Shown one piece after another: positions 1 to 6,030 of a DNA stretch of 10,032 nt (position 1 is its first letter; every line of letters starts with the position of its first letter). Origin of the DNA: a bacterium (GTDB taxonomy: Bacteria > Zhuqueibacterota > Zhuqueibacteria > Oceanimicrobiales > Oceanimicrobiaceae). A program made the position numbers and the translations under genes. The stretch is taken from positions 1-10,032 of the forward strand of contig JBHHXT010000183.1 of the NCBI GenBank assembly GCA_046757165.1, given 5' to 3'. Below the pieces are notes generated by a model, which saw only the letters and a program-made list of their open reading frames with translations, was not told where the DNA came from and did no database searches.

Positions 1-55
1 CGCGGGTTTCATATTTGGCTTCGTCCAACACCTGGTTCTTGATGCCAAAACTGTA
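1..55. repeat. Exact 55-bp direct repeat, copy at the window start (identical to 1576-1630)
   Basis: cgcgggtttcatatttggcttcgtccaacacctggttcttgatgccaaaactgta occurs at 1-55 and 1576-1630. The offset is 1575 nt (525 codons) and the first mismatch is at 56/1631. Confidence 0.97.
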
Positions 56-422
56 CGTGCCATTGCCGGCGATGACCGAGGTGACGTCAAGCTCGGCGAA
101 GCTTCCGGCTGTCACATCTCCAAGAACGCCAACCGGACTGCCCTCGAGCTCGGGCGCATTGCTAAAATTCAGAATCCCCTCCGTCCACGGCCCGCCGCCG
201 GAAAAGTCGTTTGACACCAGATACACCGCGCCGCCGTCAATGCTGCTGCCTGCAACATAAAGGCGCAACCGTGCAGCTCGCACAGCGGAGGTCAAACCGC
301 TGACCTCGAATTTGAAGAAGGAGCGAAACGTGTTCATCTCCACTTTGCAGGTGGTTTTCGTGCCATAATTTTTGAGAGGCGCGGTCACTTTCACCTGGCC
401 GTCATGGGTCGGCTGAAAGGTG
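1..422 (-). other. Domain: DNRLRE/CBM96-like module, copy 3 (end cut by the window edge)
   Basis: FQPTHDGQVKVTAPLKNYG...SFFKFEVSGL...ARLRLYV...DGGAVYLVSN...WTEGILNFSNAP...LDVTSVIAGNGTYSFGIKNQVLDEAKYETR, a close paralog of copy 2. Confidence 0.8.
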
Positions 423-3400
423 AGACCGCCACTGCCACCGGATTGGACGAAGATCGCCGTGACATTCTTGTCGGAGTTCATGGTGACCGTGACCGGATTG
501 GCGTTGCCGCTCAAGTCACCGCTCCAGCCAGCCAGCTGCCAGCCTGAACCTGGCACAGCAGTCACTTGCACGACCGTCCCGTCCAAATATTCGCCGCCTG
601 GAGGGTTCAAATCGACGCTGCCTGTCCCCTGCTTCGTAACGGCCAATGTCCAGGGTCCCGCCGCCGGCTCAACTGTAATGGTGCCCATCATGCCGCGATC
701 TTTGTGACCCGGAATCGTACAAAGAACGTCATACGCTCCGGTGAGGGTCGGCACCATGAATAATTCGGTCGCGCCGCTGGTCAACAACTCAATGGCTTTG
801 AAATAGGGCACTTTGATCTCAGCGTTCGAGTCCTGAGCCTTCCTTGTCACCACCGTCTTGTAAAACTCCGGCGCGGTATAATAATGTTTGCTGCTGTTGC
901 CAGGCGGATTGACAAGATTTATCGTGTAACCGGAATCCCTGGTCAGATTCAGGTCTGCTGGATCAAATGACAGGGTCCCGTCCGCATTCTCGACCATCTG
1001 CACCGTGAGGTCCTGAGCCGTGGCCCAGACATCATGCGAGCCAGAAGTTCTGGCGTCTGTCGTGAGACCCATGTCGAACTGAGAGTCGACCTCCAAATCC
1101 AATTCAAACCCTTGTCCGCCTGTGATGGTGATTTGCCCGACCATGCCGGCGATGGCATGGCCCGGAATGGTACAAATGAAGTCATACGTCCCCGCGAGAA
1201 CCGGGACAAAGTAGATCTCGAGCTCGCCACCGATCAACAGTTCTACCCCTCTGAAATAGGGCGCCTTGTACTCCGCATCCGCCGTTTCGATCTTGCGGGT
1301 AGCAATCGCCTTGTAGAAATCCGGAAACACCTCCTGGGTGGCAAAATAGTGCTTGCTGACGTTGCTTGCGGGATTGACAATCTTGAGAACGTAGGGCTTC
1401 CCCGCTTCAAATGTGAGTTGATTGGGACTAAACGACAACGCCGCGCCCGACTCGACCATGTTCATCGTCACCACGGTTTTCTGGTCCCAATCGACATCAG
1501 CCACCCAATCCGACGCCTTCACCGGATTGTGGCCAGGTTCGGTCGCGATGATCAGCTCAGGCGGGAAGTTGCCTTCGCGGGTTTCATATTTGGCTTCGTC
1601 CAACACCTGGTTCTTGATGCCAAAACTGTAAGTTCCGTTGCCGCTGACCACCGAACTCACATCCACTTCGACATACGTGCCTTCTGTGACTCGACCGAGA
1701 TTTGCCACGGGAGTTCCCGTGATTTGCGGGGCGTTGCTGAAACTCAATATCGATTCAATCCAGGGCGTGCCGCCAACCAGAAAATTGTTCGACACCGAAT
1801 AGACCGCGCCGCCGTCTTCGCTGCTGCCAACCACGTGAAATCGCAGCCGCGCATGTTCTACGGCCACATTCAAACCGGTGACCTCAAATTTGAAAAAGGA
1901 CAGAAACTTGTTGAGGGTAACCTTGGCGGTGCCCTTTGCACCATAGTTCTTGCCGGGTTCGGTCACCTTGACCTGGCCGTCGTGGATTGGCGTAAACGTG
2001 AATGTTGTTTCTTCAGGTACTTCATCAAAAACAGCCGTGATGCTCTTGTCGCGGTCCATTGTGATCACAGCCGGATTGTCAGAGCCGGTCAAATCGCCAA
2101 CCCAGTGGCTGAACGTCCAGCCGGGGGTCGGGCGTGCGGTCAACTGTACCACGGCGCCCGCGTCATGCTGTTGACCCGCAGGGCTGATCTCTACGACGCC
2201 GTTGCCCTGTTCAGTCACGAACAGATCAAAGGGGCCAGCTTCGCCACCGCCGGTGAGCACGATCAGCTCTGGCGTGTGAAAGCCTTCTTTGGATGAGTAC
2301 TCTGCACGGTCAAAGGAGTTATTCTCGAGCGCGAAACTGTAGATACCGTCACCCGTCACAGCCTCGGTAACATCAAACTGCACAACGTCCCCCGAGGCGA
2401 CGTTGCCGGGGCTGCTGCTCAGGGCACTGCCGGCTATCGGGGGCGCGTTGTTGAATGTCAATCCTTCTTCATCCCAGGGGGTGGATGAGTTGACATGGTT
2501 GTTTGACACCAGGAACAGCTCGCCGCCATCGTCCGTGCCACTTGCGGCGTGGAGCTGTAAAGTCGCGCGGGTCACCTGGCTGCCGACACCGGTAACATTG
2601 AATTTTAGAAAGCTCATCCGCGCCGTGTTTTCCGCGTGCAGTTCGGCCTCATCGCCATAGTTGCGGTCCGGTCTGGTGGCGCGCACTCGTGTATCATCTG
2701 TGGGTTGAAAGATTGCCGGCTCGCCAAAGGGCGAGTCAAAAACGCGCAGCTCGCCGACAGAGATGAAGGGGGTGCTGCCCCCGGGCGCGCCAATGATACG
2801 GATGGCATCCCCATTTTCAGGCGAAAACAACAGGGAGGACATTTCGTAGTTCACCTCATTGTTGCCGGGGTAGGGGGGCACGCTGTTGAGGAAGTGCACC
2901 TCGCGCCAACCCCCGTCTTCGCGCACCTGCACAGCGAGGGATTCAAACCAGCCGCCATCAGCAAAATGAACGCCTTCCTGAAAAATCAATTTTGCAAATC
3001 TCTGCGTGCTGTTGAACTCATAGCCAATCCAATCCTGTGAGCGCGCCCCACCGCCGGTATTGGTGTCATACTGCTGTAGGGGATTGCTGCCGCCCGCAGG
3101 CGGGAACACATTGTCCTTTATGACACCGATGTTCGGGTTGCCATTACCTGATGGATTGGTGATGAGCGCGATGGGCGTTCCGCGGTGGGTGATGTCTGCC
3201 TCGCCTGGTGCTTTCATCACGACGTAGCCCGTATCTACACCTGTGAGTCCGGATGAATCCGTTACGCGCAGGGTCAGTTTCAAATAGATCAAATCCCAGG
3301 GGTCGCCATGGTCAGCCGGCACAATGGAGCCCGATTTCCCAGGCACCTGAAACGAGGCCGGGTGCACGTGGTCGTTATGGTGTAAATCGACCACCCAACT

Positions 3401-5158
3401 GTACTGCAGGTTTGATTCAGGTTCATCCGGGTCGACAGCGGTACCATTCAAGAGGACGGTTTCGTCGGCGAAGGCGCTGGCATTGGTCCCCGGTTGCAGG
3501 ATGGTCACCGAGGGGGGCAGGCTGCCAACGATAATCTCCGGCAGAAAAAAGCTCGATGTTGCCCCACTCTCATCCTCGACGGTCAATTTCGCCTCAAAGG
3601 TCCCGTTCTGTTGATAGGTGTAGACCGGATCGGCTCGAGTGGAGGTGTCGCCGTTGCCGAAGTCCCATGAAAAACTCAGATCATCATTGTCAGGATCGAA
3701 CGAATCGCTGCCTTTGAAATGCACGGCCAGCGGGGCGTGTCCAAACAGCGTGTCAGCGCTGGCGACGGCAACCGGGTCCTGGTTTACGGTCGCACCGGTG
3801 TACCTGATTTCGTTGACGGTTCCCCTGGTAATGTCAACATAAAAGACATTGCCCGTAAGCGGGTCTGTTTCCAGGTCCACGATCCCGTGCTCGAACCGCC
3901 CCCCGGAGAATTGCGCAAAATCCCGTACTTCGATGATGTTGTCATCGTCGTCGACTTCAAGCACTTTGATCCAGGCTTGCTCGAAATCTGCAAAGAAATT
4001 GACGTTCCAGTAGTCACGCGGGTATTTGGTGCCGGTGTAGAAAGGTCCGGCGGTTACCGAAGCGCCAATAAACCCTGACGGAGAAGATTGGCTGGCATTG
4101 GTATGATGCCAGTAGATCGATGGCGGCGTGTGTTCCGCAGGGTTTTCCGCTGTCCCAATGGTACTGCAGCCGCTGTGGTCAGGGTTTTTTCGCTGATAAG
4201 CTGACAGGGCATTCGGACCCTCAAAACAGGGCCAGCCGAAGTTCTCGCCGCCACCCACACGCGAGACGTTCAAGTCTTCCCACGTACCCCAGCCAACATC
4301 GCCGATATAGACCGATCCGGGATTCCCGTCCGCCGGGTTCGTGCTGCCATTCTGGCGCACATTGAAGCGAAACGGATTGCGCAGCCCATAAGCCCAAATC
4401 TTCGACTGTTTATCATCGGGATTGCCCGTGTAGTAGGGATTAGAAGGCAGCCCGCGACCCGTTTCAGGGTCAACGCGAAGAATTTTGCCCGCGAGACTCT
4501 TCAAGTATTGCGAGCGAAACGCGCCAACGTCCTCATCTTCCGAGAATCTGTCATCACCAAAACACTCTGGATGTCCGCCACCCGCATCGACGGTCCCGGC
4601 CAAAGAGGCCTCTCCGGCCCCGACGAACAACGTCCCGTCGGTGCCAAATCGCACGGTTCCAATCACGTGCTGAAGCCCACAGGCGATGATGCCATCGCCC
4701 CAATCGGTGCCGATCAAAACCTGGCGGGTGGACAAATCCGCTTCGTTAAGATTACCTGTTTTCGCCTGGTACCGGCTCAAACGAGAAAAAGCGTAAATAT
4801 CGTTGTCCTGGCCGCCGGTCGGATCCACCGTATACAGGAGATAAACCCAGCGATTGTTTTCAAAATCCGGGTCGACGGCGATTCCCAACATTCCGTTGGA
4901 TTCATTGCTCAGCACTTCGCTTTCCAGATCGATGAACGGATCGGCGATTTTCTCGCCATCTTGGATGACATAAACTCGACCGTTTTTCTCGGTGACAAAG
5001 ATTCGATTACCGGGTGCGAAGGCTATCCCGACAGGTAAGTTAAACTTCTTACCCGAAGCAGCATTCTTGATGACAAAATCTCTTGGGAGATTCTGTGAAA
5101 GGACGCTACTCGCGGTGAGAACCCAGAGTAAGGTCAGCATGGTTGCTTGCTTGCACAT
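1..5158 (-). CDS. Large secreted multidomain protein, 3'-truncated at the window edge: PQQ-dependent sugar dehydrogenase (GSDH-like) propeller + PKD + Ig-like + discoidin-like + 3x DNRLRE/CBM96-like + 2x InlB-B-like + 2x cupredoxin
   Basis: Hand translation of the minus strand shows no stop from 5158 to 2: MCKQATMLTLLWVLTASSVLSQNLPRDFVIK...FNLPVGIAFAPGNRIFVTEKNGRVYV...GMLGIAVDPDFENNRWVYLLYT...GKILRVDP...IWAYGLRNPFRF...YIGDVGWGTWEDLN...GENFGWPCFEG...SWDFGNG...CTIPGHAIAGM...CTIPGHKDRGM...YSFGIKNQVLDEAKYETR. The start is uncertain: in-frame ATGs lie at 5221, 5176, 5158 and 5140. 5158 was chosen for an upstream AGGA and a typical 21-aa signal peptide. Confidence 0.93.
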   Translation of the reverse strand, partial: MCKQATMLTLLWVLTASSVLSQNLPRDFVIKNAASGKKFNLPVGIAFAPGNRIFVTEKNGRVYVIQDGEKIADPFIDLESEVLSNESNGMLGIAVDPDFENNRWVYLLYTVDPTGGQDNDIYAFSRLSRYQAKTGNLNEADLSTRQVLIGTDWGDGIIACGLQHVIGTVRFGTDGTLFVGAGEASLAGTVDAGGGHPECFGDDRFSEDEDVGAFRSQYLKSLAGKILRVDPETGRGLPSNPYYTGNPDDKQSKIWAYGLRNPFRFNVRQNGSTNPADGNPGSVYIGDVGWGTWEDLNVSRVGGGENFGWPCFEGPNALSAYQRKNPDHSGCSTIGTAENPAEHTPPSIYWHHTNASQSSPSGFIGASVTAGPFYTGTKYPRDYWNVNFFADFEQAWIKVLEVDDDDNIIEVRDFAQFSGGRFEHGIVDLETDPLTGNVFYVDITRGTVNEIRYTGATVNQDPVAVASADTLFGHAPLAVHFKGSDSFDPDNDDLSFSWDFGNGDTSTRADPVYTYQQNGTFEAKLTVEDESGATSSFFLPEIIVGSLPPSVTILQPGTNASAFADETVLLNGTAVDPDEPESNLQYSWVVDLHHNDHVHPASFQVPGKSGSIVPADHGDPWDLIYLKLTLRVTDSSGLTGVDTGYVVMKAPGEADITHRGTPIALITNPSGNGNPNIGVIKDNVFPPAGGSNPLQQYDTNTGGGARSQDWIGYEFNSTQRFAKLIFQEGVHFADGGWFESLAVQVREDGGWREVHFLNSVPPYPGNNEVNYEMSSLLFSPENGDAIRIIGAPGGSTPFISVGELRVFDSPFGEPAIFQPTDDTRVRATRPDRNYGDEAELHAENTARMSFLKFNVTGVGSQVTRATLQLHAASGTDDGGELFLVSNNHVNSSTPWDEEGLTFNNAPPIAGSALSSSPGNVASGDVVQFDVTEAVTGDGIYSFALENNSFDRAEYSSKEGFHTPELIVLTGGGEAGPFDLFVTEQGNGVVEISPAGQQHDAGAVVQLTARPTPGWTFSHWVGDLTGSDNPAVITMDRDKSITAVFDEVPEETTFTFTPIHDGQVKVTEPGKNYGAKGTAKVTLNKFLSFFKFEVTGLNVAVEHARLRFHVVGSSEDGGAVYSVSNNFLVGGTPWIESILSFSNAPQITGTPVANLGRVTEGTYVEVDVSSVVSGNGTYSFGIKNQVLDEAKYETREGNFPPELIIATEPGHNPVKASDWVADVDWDQKTVVTMNMVESGAALSFSPNQLTFEAGKPYVLKIVNPASNVSKHYFATQEVFPDFYKAIATRKIETADAEYKAPYFRGVELLIGGELEIYFVPVLAGTYDFICTIPGHAIAGMVGQITITGGQGFELDLEVDSQFDMGLTTDARTSGSHDVWATAQDLTVQMVENADGTLSFDPADLNLTRDSGYTINLVNPPGNSSKHYYTAPEFYKTVVTRKAQDSNAEIKVPYFKAIELLTSGATELFMVPTLTGAYDVLCTIPGHKDRGMMGTITVEPAAGPWTLAVTKQGTGSVDLNPPGGEYLDGTVVQVTAVPGSGWQLAGWSGDLSGNANPVTVTMNSDKNVTAIFVQSGGSGGLTFQPTHDGQVKVTAPLKNYGTKTTCKVEMNTFRSFFKFEVSGLTSAVRAARLRLYVAGSSIDGGAVYLVSNDFSGGGPWTEGILNFSNAPELEGSPVGVLGDVTAGSFAELDVTSVIAGNGTYSFGIKNQVLDEAKYETR
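449..653 (-). other. Domain: InlB B-repeat-like repeat, copy 2
   Basis: WTLAVTKQGTGSVDLNPPGGEYLDGTVVQVTAVPGSGWQLAGWSGDLSGNANPVTVTMNSDKNVTAIF. Confidence 0.85.
671..1030 (-). other. Domain: cupredoxin (type-1 blue copper), copy 2
   Basis: LSFDPADLNL...INLVNPPGNSSKHYYTAPEFYK...LFMVPTLTGAYDVLCTIPGHKDRGMMGTITV. Ligands: His 884-886, Cys 719-721, His 704-706, Met 689-691. Confidence 0.9.
1124..1490 (-). other. Domain: cupredoxin (type-1 blue copper), copy 1
   Basis: LSFSPNQLTFEAGKPYVLKIVNP..SKHYF...IYFVPVLAGTYDFICTIPGHAIAGMVGQITI. Ligands: His 1349-1351, Cys 1172-1174, His 1157-1159, Met 1142-1144. Confidence 0.9.
1544..2003 (-). other. Domain: DNRLRE/CBM96-like module, copy 2
   Basis: FTPIHDGQVKVTEPGKNYG...SFFKFEVTGL...ARLRFHV...DGGAVYSVSN...WIESILSFSNAP...VDVSSVVSGNGTYSFGI...YETREGNFPPELII. 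Confidence 0.8.
1576..1630. repeat. Exact 55-bp direct repeat, internal copy (identical to 1-55)
   Basis: Base-by-base identity with 1-55, in the same reading frame. Confidence 0.97.
2027..2231 (-). other. Domain: InlB B-repeat-like (Flg_new-type) repeat, copy 1
   Basis: FDLFVTEQGNGVVEISP...GAVVQLTARPTPGWTFSHWVGDLTGSDNPAVITMDRDKSITAVF. Confidence 0.82.
2252..2714 (-). other. Domain: DNRLRE/CBM96-like carbohydrate-binding module, copy 1
   Basis: FQPTDDTRVRATRPDRNYG...SFLKFNVTG...VTRATLQL...WDEEGLTFNNAP...FDVTEAVTGDGIYSFAL...YSSKEG..PELIV. Confidence 0.8.
2735..3200 (-). other. Domain: discoidin/F5-8 type C (galactose-binding-like) fold, tentative
   Basis: QDWIGYEFNSTQRFAKLIFQEG...SLAVQVREDGGWREV...LLFSPENGDAIRIIG...FISVGELRVF follows the W-I-x-x-x-F ... 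W-x-x-V ... I-R-I ... E-L-R-V-F pattern of discoidin-like modules. Confidence 0.55.
3215..3520 (-). other. Domain: second PKD/Ig-like domain with a histidine cluster
   Basis: PPSVTILQP...LNGTAVDPDE..NLQYSWVVDLHHNDHVHP...DHGD...YLKLTLRVTDSSGLT. Confidence 0.7.
3530..3785 (-). other. Domain: PKD
   Basis: NQDPVAVASAD...GHAPLAVHFKGSDSFDPDNDDLSFSWDFGNGDTSTRADPVYTYQQNGTFEAKLTVED contains the PKD signature WDFGxG. Confidence 0.9.
3794..5080 (-). other. Domain: glucose/sorbosone dehydrogenase (GSDH, soluble PQQ sugar dehydrogenase-like) beta-propeller
   Basis: Family motifs GMLGIAVDPDF, QHVIGTVRFGTDGTLFVGAGE (His at 4667-4669), SLAGKILRVD, PSNPY, IWAYGLRNPFRF (Arg 4379-4381, Asn 4376-4378), GDVG..TWEDLN, GENFGWPCFEG, SVTAGPFYTGTKYP and FFADF. 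Confidence 0.88.
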
Positions 5159-5466
5159 GAGGCTAATTTCCTGCATTGATGTATGAATGAATAAGTCTAA
5201 TCGGGGCAGATAAACTATCATCTCAGTGTTGCAAAAATATTTTGGGGCTCAGCTATCCGTGAGCTATCAGTGGAAAGGTGCAAACCGGACATCTCAGGAG
5301 AATGATCGCAGGAAGGTATAGAATCCGCGATCAAGTATGTCACCGCAGAAGGATTTTCGCAAAGCATCTAACCCCTGATGAAACTGCATTTTCGAGCGCG
5401 GTCGGCCGCGTCAGGCTATCTCACATCTTTTTTTCGATTTTGTGCGAAAAATCAGACTATTACTTA

Positions 5467-5500
5467 AAGTATACTGGACATTGTGGCATACGGCGAAAAT
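5467..5500 (-). promoter_or_regulatory. Candidate promoter motif ATTTTCGC-N19-TATACTT upstream of the dehydrogenase/cupredoxin gene
   Basis: On the minus strand, ATTTTCGC (5493-5500) is followed by 19 nt and the -10-like hexamer TATACT (5468-5473). The same arrangement lies upstream of the CotH gene. Confidence 0.45.
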
Positions 5501-5558
5501 CAAGTTGCGTTGAGATGACCCTTATTTAGTGATTGACCGAAATCTCATTAAACGCTCT

Positions 5559-5592
5559 GTCATAGCGAGGCGTTTTTTGCCGCAGCAATCTC
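5559..5592. repeat. Degenerate REP-like interspersed element (GTCATTGCGAGG...GCAATCTC type), single arm
   Basis: gtcatagcgaggcgttttttgccgcagcaatctc resembles the widespread GTCATTGCGAG-n-CGAAGCAATC palindromic element, with an internal ggc..gcc stem. No partner arm is visible. Confidence 0.55.
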
Positions 5593-5726
5593 CAGCCGTG
5601 TCCATGAGGTAAGTTACAGCGACAGATTTTTTTCTAACCTGATTAATTCACAAATCTGAAAACTTAGCTAGTATAACAAACATACAAACAAATACTTACA
5701 GAAACTTGGTCTCAAAAACTTTTTTT

Positions 5727-5812
5727 CCACGAAGTTCACGAAGACCACGAGGGAGGTTAACAGATGTGCTTCTTACCCTGTTTTTTCTTGGTGTTCTTCG
5801 TGCACTTCATGG
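5727..5812. repeat. Inverted repeat built from 3x 9-bp CACGAAG-type units
   Basis: The left arm ccacgaagttcacgaagaccacgagg (5727-5752) matches the reverse complement of the right arm 5787-5812 (ccatgaagtgcacgaagaacaccaag) at 21/26 positions. The spacer is 34 nt. Confidence 0.8.
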
Positions 5813-5853
5813 TTCATGAATTCTCCAGGCTAAACTTTTCAGCGGGTTCAGGT

Positions 5854-5915
5854 GGTAGGGTGTTCACGCTTTAGCGTGTTTTCCCCGACCCCAAGCTGAA
5901 GCTTGAACACCGACC
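5854..5915. repeat. REP doublet (REPIN-like) hairpin downstream of the CotH gene
   Basis: ggtgttcacgctttagcgtg (5859-5878) matches the reverse complement of 5892-5911 (ggtgttcaagcttcagcttg) at 17/20 positions, and each arm is itself palindromic. Confidence 0.75.
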
Positions 5916-6030
5916 GCCCCCCGGTCAGACCGCGCACTCAGGAAAAAACATTCTGGGTTCCGGCCTGGGATAAACTGCAAAAAGGTCTGGAAATGGTCCA
6001 ACACGGTCTGTGACCGTGTTTTGGCAGACG

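Noticed and set aside
671..1490. Two-domain multicopper oxidase or copper nitrite reductase
   Set aside because: Only type-1 ligands are present; the HxH and HCH motifs for T2/T3 copper are absent.
1034..2296. 420-aa plus-strand ORF
   Set aside because: It lies antisense to the domain-rich minus-strand gene and has no recognisable motifs. It is a typical shadow ORF of GC-rich coding sequence.
15..5186. Other short ORFs of the track on either strand in the left half
   Set aside because: All overlap the continuous minus-strand gene, antisense or out of frame, and show no family signatures.
5278..5529. 83-aa plus-strand ORF in the intergenic region
   Set aside because: GTG start, no recognisable motif, opposite strand to both genes, and it overlaps the candidate promoter. 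It cannot be fully excluded.
5670..5700. Extended -10-like TGTTATACT on the minus strand within an ACAAAC-rich tract
   Set aside because: There is no acceptable -35, it is about 510 nt from the start codon, and such a match is likely by chance in AT-rich sequence.
5727..5812. CRISPR array
   Set aside because: The units are 9 bp and inverted, with no unique spacers and no cas genes.
5854..5915. Intrinsic terminator for the CotH gene
   Set aside because: The hairpin is not followed by a U-tract on the minus strand and is better explained as a REP-like element.
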